Assembly: GCA_046563655.1 (NCBI GenBank)
Contig: CM102284.1
Location: forward strand, 6,510,001 to 6,574,000
DNA length: 64,000 nt
From: Yuukianura sp. NJ FZ-2021
Taxonomy: Eukaryota
Direction: 5' to 3'
Position numbers and translations under genes: made by a program. Each line of letters starts with the position of its first letter. The stretch's first letter is position 1. Under the pieces are notes generated by a model that did not search any database, had not been told where the DNA came from, and was given only the letters and a program-made list of their open reading frames with translations. Below, in pieces: positions 26,565 through 40,212 of the stretch.

Positions 26565-29500
26565 TTAGTCAAAGAGAGCCAAGAGATCATCTGAAATGTC
26601 GGGACTTCGGGAGGGTGGGAGGCCTTGGTCACCAGAGGAAGGAGGTGTGGCCAGTCCAGTAGGTTCCAAGTAGTTGAGTAACTCCAACGGGTCAACTCCG
26701 CTCTGCGGAAGCAACTGCAAGTATATAAGCAAAAGTTAACTTTGTCCAGGAAGTTATGTTATGTTTTTGGACTTACGTTGAGGTCTTCTGATCCAACTCC
26801 ATTTATCACAGACTCAGGGTCAAAGTTTAGATCTGAAGGAAGGTCAAGAGAGGAGAGATCGTCAGGATCTGGTAGGTCAACGGTGCCCGGAGTATGCGGA
26901 GTTTGTGGAGTATGTAGAATGTAGCCCATTTCATTTAAACCCGCAATTCCTCCGCCGGTACCGGAAGAACCCGAATTCTTCCCTGATTCGGGACCTAAGT
27001 TAGTACCACTGTGATTTTTGGATGTGCCCATCTGAAATTCAAATTCAAAATTATGATTTTTGAAAAAGTGAAAGTGCAGGCAGCAGTGAGCAGTCGAGCT
27101 GTTTTTTGACTCTGATGGGCTAACCTGCTCTCCAAGAAGATTTTTCTCCATGGCGTTCAGCGCTTCCAAACTGTTGACAGAATCTTTGAGGCGGGACAGC
27201 GGCCCGCCGATAGAATCTGAATGAAAGTCAACTGGTCCAGATGAGGTGGGGCTGCCGACCCACCCTCCCCCGCCATAGTTACCCCTCATGGGTCCATTCC
27301 CACCACCTATAAGCGTGAAAACAAAAATTTAGAGTTAGGTGTACCCTTTCTTGTACAATTTGGTGTTTGAGAACTTAGAATTTTTAAATTTTCAAGTGAA
27401 AGTGGAGGTTTTCCAAAATTTTGGAAAAGCTGATCATACCGTATGGAGACAAAACCATTTCGGGTGATGGCCAACTCATAAGTTCCATGTCACTTGGTCG
27501 CACCATTTTGGATTTCTTTTGCGGTCCACCGCCGCTACACGTTTCTGACTCTTCGCGTTTAGCCTTTAGAAAAATAGAAATTGAAATTAATGATCCACTG
27601 TTTGTTGAAATAGATTTAGAACAGTTTTTGTAATTCCAAAAGACAAGGCGATTCATTTTTTTTTTCTAAAAATAAGAATAGACACCTTGACGTCTTTCTT
27701 GCTCTCACGCCAATTGGCCTGAGGATCGATTGTGACTTCTTCGACGTCTGAGGTCGTCAGCGAATTTAGGATACTCCAGAAGAACTGGTCGATCTCCAGA
27801 CCCTCTAACGCAGCGCTTTTACTGGAAAAAGGAAAAGTTAGGTTAGTTAGAGAAAAATATGTAAATATGTTGCTATTTGTCAGTAGAAATGCTTGGCCAA
27901 AAATTTCTAACGTCGGCGGGCGTCACGCATCACCAAAAAAATTGGCACGTTTATGGCCAACTATTTTGGTATTATTAGTTTTGCTGTTTTGGAAAATTCC
28001 TGTTGTGCAAAATAACAAATTTAGGGTGTATTTGTCTTACTTGCACACAGGACACCTCCAGTTGGCTCGTTCACAGTTCATTTGTAGGTAGGATTCGAGG
28101 TCAAAGCATTGAACGTGCTTGCAGTCATGTCCACGAGCTGGAAGATTAATTTTTGTGCGTGTAATAGGGCATTTGATACTGACTGAAATTGCGGTTTGTT
28201 CAACTCCATCTTCATTTGGAACTCCGCCTGTGTCCCATTTTGAACTGAAAAATCGCTTGATTTTGGTTATGCAGTGTTCGGCAGGGAGAAGCCGCTTCCG
28301 CAGGAGGCCTTGCAGCACGCTTCGTACGGAGGGCCTGTGAACCAATTGCAGCACGAATAGGTGGGACTGAAAATATAAAATTTTCGAAAATTTTAGCAAC
28401 TTTTGCAGATTTTTTTTTTTTTTGAAATTTTGAAAAAGCTTTTGTAAGGTCGATATGGCTAAGTTGTCTTCACATCACTCTAGTGAGCAGCAATGTTGCG
28501 AACTTGTTAAATTATTGTTGTAGTATGGGTTAAGGCGGCAACATTGCAACACGCTTTTGTTAGCCACGATTTTGTTAGGTTAGGTTTTTGGTTAGGATAT
28601 GTATGAAAAACTTACACAACAACAAGCAGCGACTGTGATTTGTAAAGTATTTCTCCCAGGAAGAGAAATGTCTTTAAGGTAGAGTGGTTTGTGTGAGACT
28701 TTGTTTTCACCGCGGTCAATTGACAGTGGAATTGCGTTGACGGAGACTTGAACGCTCGCTGGCCAGTTTGTATTCATCTGTCGATCTTCATGATGGAAAC
28801 ATTTGAGTTGCAGTTCTAGGTCGCTTCTCCAAACGAGTGTCTGATGCACCGTGGGCTTGAGGTGGAAGACATGGTTGCTCACGGCTAGGTTATGTTCTAG
28901 GCGAAAAGGTGCCAGGATTGTACCATCACGAACAGGAAACGTCAAACGCAACTCTGTCTCACCTAAAAACACAACAAAAAATATATGTGATAATTAAATT
29001 TTAATTTCAATCACAACTTTAACTTTCCATTTTTTTTGTTGGAATTTTTGCCGAAATCATTCAAGATAATAGTAGGTTCGTTGTGTACAAAAAAGATTCA
29101 AACATCCATTTTTTTTTACAAAGCGTGATTTGAAGTTCGCAACTAAAAATTTTTGCCGACATCCAGCACATTTTGGAGAAAAATTTTTCCAACGGAAGTT
29201 TTGTTTTACATAAATTTTTTGTCTGAATTCGAAGTTTCCTGAAACTTTGAAAAATATTTCTGAGGCTTCAAAAATTTTTTTAAATTTAAAATTTGTCGAA
29301 ATTGAATTGAAATGAGGTTTTGATTTGATTTTTCTTACATTTGTTGGAAGATATCACAGGTTTGATGTCGGAAGAGGCGTGGTAGGCTGCAGGGGTGAGT
29401 GGTGGCGTAGGATTTCCTGGAATAGGGGAATGTTGGTATGACCTCAATGGCCTTTGACCTTCTGGAGGAAGATACTGAACTGGTGGTGGGACAGGAGAGG

Positions 29501-32500
29501 AGTAGGAGGGGCTGAGGCCACCAGCTCCACCATGACCATAGGTGGAATGGCTTGACATCCCATAGGAACCACTTGAATTATTAACATTAGGACTACTGGA
29601 GTAGTTTGGAGGCGGAACTGACGATTGGTGGGTCCAGGACATGCGCTGTTGCTGTGCTGGATAATACTGTTGATGTTGCTGAGGTGGGGGTGGGTTTGGA
29701 TAGGAATATGGTGGGGTTGTACTGCGTGGGATGCCCATGGGTCCGCGCATCCCACCAGCCCCACCGCCGCGGTAGGGGGGCCCACCTAGCCTTGGATTTG
29801 GTGAGTGATGGCCAGAACCAGGCGGGTAGTTTGAGGGTTGATGGTGATAAGGTGACCCTGAATTTCCATCGTACTGAAAATAGAAACAAATGGGAAATGT
29901 TAAAGTAAAAGTGAAAGTTTTGTGCAAAAACTTATAACTGATTCAGATTGGATCGATAGATTAGCGGAGAGGCATTTTCGATTTTTCCAAGGTTTCGGAT
30001 TAAAGCGTGTGACAACAATAGGGCGCGTTTCTGGTGATATTTTGTGAATACTGTCTTGTCCAGAACTTTTTTTCTGGACAAGACATACTGTGACGTTGAT
30101 TAGGTTTCGCCTACCTGTCCAGGATATGGTGGATGACTGGGTGCCACTTGATGGTTGGTCGGTGGCTGATTGTGTCCCATTGGTCTCTTGTAGGGCGTTC
30201 CGCGACTCTGTCGACTGCTACTCCCGTTTCCGCCTCCGACGTAGTCACTACCACTTCCTTGCTGACCCTGCATTAAAAAATTGTGTAAAAATTTAATTAA
30301 AAATGAAAATTAACTCTACTTGAAAAGAAAAAAGACGCGAAAAAAATCAGGATCTCAATTATTCAGTTAGCTTGACTTCTCTCTGTAGGTCTCGGCGTGT
30401 CAACTTCCCATTAGCCTCAAAAACTAACTGAGGACTTGAAAAACTATTGTTTTTTGGTGGTAGCACAAAATTTCAAATGCAGACTTTGTAGAAATTCCGT
30501 TACGTTTTTAGGGAGATGGAGAGCGAAGTAGAGAGCAGAGATGACTAAATTCCTATTGTTTTGTTACACCTCATGAAGCGGAGGATGGATTAGAACCGGA
30601 AGTCAAATGTACGAAATTATTTTGAAACCAAATGTCATGTAGGTTGCATTTATAATTTGCGAATTTCAAAAAAAGTGTCCTGTTTTCCATTTTTTTCCTT
30701 CCGCAAACGAATTGAAATTTTGGGAAAAAAAATTGAAAATTCTGTTTTGGATTTTGAAAAAAAGTTATTGTTGTTTTCGTTCTTTTTCTGCTTCAAACGA
30801 CTTAAAAATCACGGGGGAAAAATGTTGCAATTTTTGTAGCACATCTTGTATTTTTTTTTCTTATACTTATTTTTTTTTTAATTGCGGAGGTTTTCAACGG
30901 AGAGAAAGTCGGAGAAAGCGGAACTGCGACTGTAGTGTACAAAAATTCAGGTGGTTTTTAGAATTTATAGAAAAAGAAAATTTTTTTTTTTGAATTTTGT
31001 TAAAAATCTTTTCTCTTTTTTCTTTCTTTTTTGATTTTCGGAACTTTTCAATTCAGAGAAAGTCGGAGAAAGCAACACCGTAGCCTTGGGCTACGTAATG
31101 TTAAAGTGCGTGTAAATTACACGCGCTTTTAAGATTTATGGCAACTTGACCTTTACTTTGTGTATCCCAAAATAAGCTCCATGAATCACAAATTCAATTT
31201 CTAGTACACATTATGTCTGAAGAGGTGCAAGAGTTTGAGTTTTGCAAATCTTTTGCAAATATTGCACAACTTTTTTTTTCTCACTAGAACGAATAGATTT
31301 GACATTGAAATTTGGCTAAAAGCGTCCTCTCCCACGCTACCGTGTCCACAAACCAACTAAAAAACTGCGTCTCTCTTTTGTTTAATTTACCTGAATGGTC
31401 ATCTTGTTGTTGGGTTGAGACGTCAAAGGTGATCGTTGTTGTTGTTGTTGGGAAATGGGGACTCCTTGATTGTTGTATTCCTGTTGAATGAGATACTGGC
31501 CAGGCATTCCACCTCCGTTCATCTGCTGCATAAAAAGAACAATGGACATTTCAACAATAGGATTTGTGTGAGGTTTGATCGAGTGACGAAATGGTGTCCG
31601 GATGGTTCCAGAATCATGGAAAGTTAGGACATGCATTTGAGCTTAAGTTGAGGAAGTTAGTACGTTTTGTATGTTAAAATGTGGACATGGCGGGGCAGGT
31701 TTGGAGTGGCTCAAGGTCAACGGAAGGGTGAAGTATTGGTAATTAAGTTTAATGGATCATTAGAAGTGGAGAAGTGTGAAGTTAGGTTATGTAGGTTTAT
31801 AAGGTTATATGTAGTTTATGGGAATAGTGGGGAATTTGATATGGTATTGTGAAATGATTATGTTAACCTGTTGTTGCTGATTTTGAGACTGAGGATGATA
31901 TGGATTGTTAGTGCTGACGCCACTGCCACCTCCCGCGCCACCGCTACTGCCACCACTGTCTTGTCTCTCTTGAAACGCTACGACTGACGCCGTGGCAGTG
32001 GCTGTCGCAGTAGCAATTGCTGTGACCATGGCTGTCATTCCAAGGGGATTGCCATAGGCTCCACCGCTGCCACCGTCGGTCTCACCCCTGTCACAACCAA
32101 AAAATTAGAACAATGAAAATATTTCCCATGTAAAGTTGTGTTTTACAAGTTAGGTTAACCTATACTAAAGTTTTTACATTGGGCCTAACTTTATACTAAA
32201 GTTGGTACAGTCTTGACTGGCTCCTGGCGTGACAACAATGAGGAAGTGTCACAAAGTTACAGCGATCACTTGCTTAAAGTTATTATGCTTCCAAGTACAT
32301 TTCTGTGAACACAACTATATTGGCGGTGTAAGAAAAACAAGACTCACTCACCTACACTATGCTTTTGGTTCCTTGAATTAACAACACTCAAAAGAGGCTG
32401 AGAACCCCCCTCAGAGCTCAGAATCTATTTTCTACTGTTAATTTTTTGCAAATGTGTCATCTGTACTTGCCAAGTACTACTGCGAAGGTATACATGAGAG

Positions 32501-33425
32501 TCAGACTTAAAAGAAAGTCCCGTTACCAAACAGTGACTGACTCTTTGGCTTAAAAAGAATTTAGGTGCGTTACACATTAGGGGTGACGAGCGTTTTAAAA
32601 GAGGAAGGAAGATGTTTTTGGTTACCTTGATTGACTATACGGTGGTTGTTGGTGGTGATGGTGGTTCCAATAGTTTTGGTGGTGATGGTGGTGCTTGTAG
32701 GGAGTGGAATTTGACGATGGTGACGAAGAGTAGATGCCCTGATCGCTTCCTGCTCCGGACGATGACCCGGTCATGCCACCCCAAACCGTTGTCACGACGG
32801 ACAGTGATGGGTTTACTGGTTGATCCCAATCGGAGTAACTAGGATGAAGAAAATGAAATTTTATGAAAAATGAGAATTTATGAAAATTTTGAGTTTATTA
32901 GGTTGACTGAATTGAAGTGTAACTGCTGCTCAATTGAAACCGAGTTGAAAGTTAAGGAAAAGTTGGGGGAGGGTGTTAAGTTGTCGTTAGTGTCAATTAG
33001 CTCCTTCTCCTTCACCACAAAACCATTAAACTGCATCTGATAAGCGGTTAAACGATATCCGTTGTTGTTCGACACGATTAAAACGAGTATGGATGAGGAG
33101 CAACTAGGTTTTTATAATGCTAACTTCAGTGTAGGTACCATAAATCTGCTAATAAACGCCCGGGCGTTTATTCAAAATTGGAATTTTTGCCAGTCAGGCA
33201 TAAAACTCTGGGAACAGCGTTTATTTCTCAGTAGTTTAGCCACGGTGTTTAGTGGAAGCCAGGCGCTTATGAGAGCATGGGATTATTTTAGAAGTTTTAC
33301 GGTATTCCGAAACGTTAGGTTTGTTTTTTACCTTAGTGGTCTTACCTCTGTTGCTGAATGGCTCCAGAAGTTGAATGTGGCCCGTGTTTCGATTTGTTGC
33401 CTAAAATGGCGTCACTGTCGTCCAT
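26565..33425 (-). CDS. ZMIZ: Zinc finger MIZ domain protein (ZMIZ1/2, tonalli-like), ~13 coding exons; start codon uncertain; 5' UTR/introns probably extend toward ~40.5 kb
   Basis: [56 protein letters not shown]...[24 protein letters not shown]...[18 protein letters not shown]...WRCPVC, C-terminal DDLLALFD. Confidence 0.95.
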
Positions 33426-34890
33426 GACCTGTGGCACACGACGACTTTAGAGCAGTCCAGCCACCGTGGCCGGTTGTCAACCTCCGGCCACTCTCGGGCG
33501 AAGCCCCAGGCTTGGTCCAGTCGTCTCCCAATCAGTCATGTCACTTTCCATGGCATCTTCCTTGGAATCTTAAAAAAAATCAAAATTTAGATTTTCTAAA
33601 AAAAAACTTGAGGATCATTTTTCCGCTTTCTCTGCTTTCTCAGAATTTTTACGTCAAAGTGATTCTGCTGATGAAATCGTTTCGGACAGTATTTTTTCCG
33701 GGTTTGCGCATAACCATGGAATTTCCCGACGTTTTTTTTTGTGTGTGTACTTGGATAATGCTAGGGAAGTTTTTCATTGGTGTAAACGATGCCATGGTCG
33801 CGTCGCCTTTTTGTGGCCGCCAAAAATTGAACCATATGGAAAGTTTGCCTCTTTGGAAAAAATTTTCCCCTCTGCCAAAAAAAAAGTTCTGGAGGAGGTG
33901 GGGGAAACCTACTACGGTTTTGGCCTGTGCTCCTGTTTTTCCTGGAAGGCTTCCCTCACAGCCAATGACGCTTCCAAACCTTCACTGAACGCTGAAACTT
34001 TCATCTGCTTTGTCGCTGTGCGCTGCCACGTGCGTCTATTTCTGTTACTCCAACTCCCTCATCTGTCAGACAGGAGACTAGAGGCTGGAGGTAAGGAATT
34101 TGGAAGATCATTTCACAAAATCTTAAAAATAGAAGGATTTTAGTTCAATTCTTTTTTAGAATTCCAAAACTATTCATGAGCTTCACCCGCCCTCATCATC
34201 TCGGCGTCTTTTTTCTAAAAAGCTTTTCCAAAAAAGATGCTCCCGGTGCATCTGCAACCAAAAACCAAGCACTTTGGGAAGTACTGCTCAAAATATTGTA
34301 TTTTGGGAGGAAGAAAAAAACTTGTTCTCATCGCGTCATTGTCGTCTTCATTCGTAAAAAACCTTACTATTTTGAGTTTATACTAACTGCACTCTTGATG
34401 ATATGGAAGGTGAATAGACTCATCTGATTATTTTTAACTTTTTGATGCTAGGTCCCGCTATTTGGGTTGTGCAGAAGATCAGAATGCGAGACGATCTTCT
34501 CTCACCATCTTGAACAACGACATGACAGATCAGATACATCCTTCTCGACTCGACGACTGAGTCACAAAAGCGTCCACCGTTTGCTTAGGCTAGGAATCTT
34601 GTAGGACACTTCCACGACTGCTCGTGCTCTTTTTGCAAAAAAAAAAGTTTTGTACCAAAGTAGAGAAGATTCACCGTTGGTCGTCGTGCCTGTTCTGTCA
34701 GCAGAAGACAATGGGAGACAACGGGAGCAGCAAAAGGAAATAGTAGGCCGGAGAGTGGCAAAAGTAGGCAGGGAAAGGGGGGGGACTCCCCGAGAGGTGG
34801 GGGCGGGGTATCGATTGCTTTGGTGAAAGTCAGCAAGGAAAAGCCACAACTACCTACTACACAAAATCCGTTCCGTCTTATGTAGGAGTC

Positions 34891-34970
34891 GTTCGAGTCC
34901 TACTGGATGCTTTTGTGAGTTGGAGTTCTACTGGATGCTTTTGTAAAGCCGTGAGTTCGAGTCCTACTGG
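34891..34970. repeat. Short imperfect tandem repeat, 3 copies of GAGTTCGAGTCCTACTGGATGCTTTTGT-like unit
   Basis: gagtcctactggatgcttttgt / gagttctactggatgcttttgt / gagtcctactgg read directly. Confidence 0.8.
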
Positions 34971-35893
34971 CTGCGATAGGGAGAGAGTTACTTTCTTTAC
35001 CGTGACTTTTGCTTGGGATAATAACAAAAAGGAGGAGAAAGCGCTTCTTTTCTGGTCCGACCGCTGCTATTTAACTGTTTGTTGTTTGGCCAAAATTTTG
35101 AACGGGGACAAAAGTTAGGGTGAAAACATAGGGAAAAGTTAGGGTAAAAGTAAAAACATAGGCCACCACTAACCGAAACTAATTAAAGTACCCTCAACCC
35201 TGAGCTATTATGGGGGTCACCTTGCGCGCAGTAGCAGTCATGATGGACGAGGGCACGTGGCTCTTCTTTTTTTTGGAGCTAGGAGGATTCGATCCCACGT
35301 CCCCTTCAAAACAATAGATTTAGGAACAAGGGGGCCCTTACAGGGTCCTGGACGACCCTTCATCTGTCACACAAAGTTTTCCCAGCGTTTTTTGATTCTC
35401 ACGACGACAACAAGGATAGGAATGATATAGGTTAGACTAGGCTGACTGGTGTACTACCCCACACGGGGCGGAGAGACACAATGCAATAATGGAAATCAAT
35501 AATCAAATCCCACTTGGTTACTCTTCAACCAAGTTTGAAAACTCCCGGTTCTCACGTCCATCAGAGACCGCTTAATGTTACCCACATTATGAGGTGGTGG
35601 GGTTAGGTTTTAAACAAAAAGGATATAGGGGCAGGGGCACAGAGCGACAGCAACAAGCGAAAGCGTTCATGAGAACTGACGTGACATGACAATAAGGGGA
35701 GGGGGTGCACTTCAAAAAAAAATTAAGTGAAAACATAGAATTTGTATCGAAAAACGCAACAATTTTTTTGATGTAAAAAGTTATGTTTTATGTGAGCGCG
35801 TGTGGAAATAGAAAGCCACTTGTGGTGAGCGAGAAAACATTAGCATAGTAACAAAGCTGCGAGTGCGAACAGTTGGGATCAATCAGAGTGCAG

Positions 35894-35947
35894 TGACCTG
35901 ACAGGTCATATGACCTGGGGTCAACGGAGGTCGTTGACCTTTGACCT
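35894..35947. promoter_or_regulatory. Dense cluster of seven nuclear-receptor RGGTCA-type half-sites
   Basis: TGACCT-gac-AGGTCA-ta-TGACCT-g-GGGTCA-acgg-AGGTCG-t-TGACCT-t-TGACCT. Confidence 0.6.
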
Positions 35948-37237
35948 AGCTAAAAGTAGTGTAAAATTTGCCGCCTAACATGAATTGTGTTGACGTGACA
36001 CTTGACCATAATTTGAGCCTTCCAGCTTTTGCCTTTTGCTTTGTACTTTTTGTTCTTTTTGCCTTGTGCTTTTGCTGTTTTGCTTTGAATTTTTTTGTGT
36101 TGACATTTTTTCGATTTGGATTTGGAACGCAGAAATTGACACAAGACGCTTTGGGCTTTAGCGCCTGTCAATGAGTGTCCTTGGGCCACAGGAGAGGCCG
36201 AGTGACACGGATGACCTTAACCCTAATAAGACTTTGTCAAGTCAAGACAGACCTCAAGTTATGCAAAAAGAAAAAACTAATGTCCCAATTTGTGTCCCAT
36301 GCTATTGTAGCCATGATTCTCAACTCACCTAGTTTTTGTCAAGGTCCTTTTAGTGTAGTAGTCAAAATTCAATCATCCAAAACCAATGACAAACGATGCG
36401 TGACCACTTAAGCATACACTTGCCACAAACACTAACTTAAGAGGTCAAAGGGCAGGAAAGACAACCGTTTCGATTCGATATTGAATCCAAAAACTTTCAA
36501 AACAAACTTCCTTTTTTTTCAAAATTTTACCGGTACTAGTGAATTTTTGTAACAAAACTTTGTGTAACAACGTCTGTGTTTACGTTTTTAAAAAGATATG
36601 GGTTAGGCTGTAGGTCTCTTCACAGACAGACCTCCACTCCACTCCTGACAAGCTGAACTCACTAAACTGACTGACTGACGACCGACCCAACTCAACTTTT
36701 TGGTTAACTTTGAACCAACAAAACATACAAACAGAGGCAGACTTTCGCCAAGTTTCTGCCCTTCTGCCTCTTCCATTTCGTCAGAATAGGCGCACAGGGA
36801 GAACATAGGCTTTAAGAGTTAGAAGGAGCAGAGGGGAATAAAATATTTGGTCGTCTCTCTCTCTCTCCCCTGCATTTTCCCATAGATCACATCGCTCGCA
36901 CACATCACTTTCCTAACTTTGCTCTCTAAAGGCTCTAGAAATCTGTGAGGACACGGCGTCGCTTTTGGTCGTAGTCCTTAAACTTATTCTTTTCGGGTCC
37001 TTTGGTAGTATCGACTTGCTACTTTTTCAGTTTTGTCACATTATAGGCGTGCTAGCTGGTCGACGAGCACGTCAGCTCGCCTCTGCAACCGATCTTGGTC
37101 AGGCCCGCTCGTCAAGCTAGTTTGACCTAGCTAGGTCTAACGACACTTAGAGTACAAGCATCTAACATACAAGCTAGGTTGTGGTTGGGGCAGCATAAGA
37201 TTAGAGCTTCTATTCTATTGTACAGATTAGACACGTT

Positions 37238-37335
37238 CAGGTTAGCTGGAGTTGGACAAGCTATGGTCAGGTTAGCTGGAGTTGGACCAGCTAGGGTCAG
37301 GTCAGCTGGATTTAGACGAGCTGGGATGAGGTTAG
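37238..37335. repeat. 30-bp minisatellite, ~3.3 copies
   Basis: tcaggttagctggagttggacaagctatgg / tcaggttagctggagttggaccagctaggg / tcaggtcagctggatttagacgagctggga. Confidence 0.85.
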
Positions 37336-39994
37336 GGGGGTTAAAGGCCTTGTAGCCTAGTTCTTTACAGTAAGATGATAATCCGAAGGTCGTCGGCGTC
37401 GAAATCTCCGACTTCGGAAGTCTGTTGAATTCCTTTGGAGCTGTTAAGAATGGTATTTGGACAGAGTGTGGGCAGAGGAAGATGAGGAAGGAGGAGAGTG
37501 GGCTTGACGCGCACCTTCCTTGGAATTTCTGGTCCTTTAAGGGTATAGAGAGAGAGGCCTTAATGGCCTATTGATCCCAACAAAAGAAGAAGAAGATCTC
37601 CATTGCATAACAATCCCAATAGCCTAACCTTATACCTGCTTCTTCTGAAGTGAAGTGGTTTGGTGGGAGTCTGAGCATCCATATGGATCACATCTCTCTG
37701 GCCCACGACGCATTCCGCAAGCACTTCTTTAAACAGCACATCTCTACTCCTCTTTTGAAAAAGAAATAACCTTAGCTTCATTCCTTTTTGGTTTCGTCTT
37801 CCCTGCGCTCCGAGCAATTCACTTCTGATCACTCCAACTTCCTTTCCTGTTTCTTTTGCTTAGGCTTTTCCTTCAAACCTTCTTTTTTGTTAACCTTAAG
37901 GTTTGTTTTTTGGCTTGTTTTTGGCTACATAAAGTTAGTCTAGGTTCCCAACATAACCGAAGAGGAGCAAATGGATAGTTTTATATTACACGATGATATG
38001 AAGGAAGACGAGAAGAGCAGACAATAGGATCTGGGTCAACAACCTCCCACACAAGCCACAATCCAGAGAGGCCAATCCTTCCCACCAAGGAAACCTAACT
38101 GCCCCACCCATAACCCACCACCACCAACACTATTCTCGCATCTTTTCAACAAGAACAAGTGAAGATAAGGTTGGTGAGAGAATTCAATCAAGGAAATGTC
38201 ATCATCATAAACGCTTTGCGCTTCCTTCTATGATTCTTATGCTCATGACTTTAAATGCTTGATGTACTTTTCAACAACTACTTGATGTACAAGGTGTTCA
38301 ACAACAGTTTTGTAAGTTAACAACAACAACAATTTGGAAATGAGGAGGACGATTTGTATGGTGTGCCGTTAAGATTTTGTGGTGTGCCGTTTTCTTTTCA
38401 TTTTGAACAGTTTTGATTGCCATTTGATTTGCTAAAACGAGTGGGAAGAATGATGATGATTCAAATTCAAAGTTTGTTTTTAGATTTTTCTTGTTTTCTG
38501 AATGATTTGTTCAGTTATTTTGATTTTTATCTTAAATTTGAAAGAGTTACAACGGTAAAATGCTAAACACTTAAAGCTCTAAATGGTGTGAATTTTTAAA
38601 AGTGTTTTCCTAAATGGTGTAAATTTGGCTAATTGACGTAACACTTAATTCATCTCCGGTTTTTCTTTTTAATGCACTGGAATACGTGTCACTGGTGACG
38701 TAAATGTTACAGAAAAACGCGCGTGACGCAGAAAGTGCCTGACCTAACAAAAGGAATTTTCTAACTCAAAAAACCTAGGAGATTTCGATTGCACTTTAAA
38801 TCCCTAGCTTAGAATTTTTTTCATTTTCAACTCTTCCAAAACCCTAAAAAAAGCAGTAGAATTGTGCAACTTGATTTAGATTTCTAAACAACCCACGCAT
38901 TTAGATTTTTTTGAAAATTGGTATTGATTTCTTAAGTGGTTAGCATCAGAGGGAAAGAGTAACTCAACTCACGGGAGGTCAAATGTAATTGACTTGTTGA
39001 AATTCTTTCAAAGTCGTAGAACTACTGAACCTATCTTGTGATGTTGTTGTTGCTAGCGTTTGGTTTTTAACATTTTTTGGAAAAAGTTCAAAAAATACTA
39101 AAACTATTTTCTGTGAAAGGCCGGCGGTTACGGCTGTGACTTTAAGCACTTTTTGGATTCATTTCAAAAAGTTATGGAAAGACAAGAAACAGAAAAACAT
39201 CGATTCTGAACAAATTTTCGTAGAAATTTTACGAACTAAAGTCAGAAAATAGTTGAAGGTTTTCTTTTTTAGTAATTTGGTCTTGGAATACTATAATGAA
39301 GACGTAAGACGTTAGGCAGGGAGTCTAAATTATGCAACAAACAGTCCAAAGGCTTCACTTACTATTGGATTTGAAAATGAAAGTAAGAGAACGTTAGCCT
39401 AAAGTTAGGTTAGACTTGGAGGCCTAATAATTAACTACACCCCCAAAAGATTGTTTCGTAAGCACTTTAACATAACATTGTTAGTGTAAGAGCAGCAGGA
39501 GAGAAGTGTGTTGCTTTATTTAGCAATCCATTTTTTAATGCAATCGAATTGTTAACGAATAGGAAATTTCATGGTCAAATGGCAATTAAGCAACTTTGAA
39601 ATGAGTGATGAGTCGATAGAAGCCAAAGGAGAGAGTTTCATTATAAACTTATGTAAGAAGGAGGACTTAATTTGGACTTATTAGATTTCATCACTGCTGG
39701 TAGTTCCAATGTGATGAAAATGTCAGAGGTCATTTTACATTTTGATAGGTCAAAGGTCACGATTACTCAATTTCCTGTACATGTTGGGTTTTACTGGTTT
39801 CTGATTGGCTGTGGTTAGGTTAGTTTGTGTAATGCCGTAAAAGAGGAGAAAGTGAAAGTGCTAGAGCGCGACATTTTTTGAGTTTTTCGGGGAAAGTTGC
39901 GAGGGTGAAGGTTTATACATAGGAATGGCTTGGATTGGTAATGGTAACTGGAATTTTTTTAAAAAAAAACTTTTCTTGGAAAGCGGATTTCGGT

Positions 39995-40212
39995 GAAAGC
40001 GTGGGAATTCCTGACTGGAGAACAAAGATGGACAAAAGAGAAAGCGTGGGAATTTTTGACGCGCAGAGATGGGCGGATACGGCGAAGAAACTAGAGAACA
40101 AGTGAAGATACTTTCACTTTGTATGGAGAAAGTACCCAAATAATTAAATTACATGCCAATGGGCATCCGGAAACGAGAGAAAGCATGGGAATTTTGAATG
40201 GCAGAGATGTAC
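39995..40212. repeat. Three copies of a ~35-bp module GAAAGC(G/A)TGGGAATT...GAGATG; contains CSL/Su(H)-type CGTGGGAA sites
   Basis: CGTGGGAA at 40000 and 40045, CATGGGAA at 40184, each preceded by GAAAG and followed by AGATG. Confidence 0.7.

Noticed and set aside
33431-34143. 185-aa and 134-aa + strand ORFs in the ZMIZ 5' region
   Set aside because: Non-ATG starts, run through poly-A/T tracts, no recognisable motifs; antisense to ZMIZ exon/intron sequence
35275-35310. tRNA-like 3' end (GATCGAATCC...CTCCA on the - strand)
   Set aside because: No acceptor-stem partner, D-arm or anticodon arm
37238-37335. CRISPR-like interpretation of the 30-bp repeats
   Set aside because: Head-to-tail minisatellite without unique spacers, eukaryotic context, no cas genes
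27836-39825. Scattered GTTAGGTTAG telomere-like motifs
   Set aside because: Only 2-unit occurrences in introns; no array
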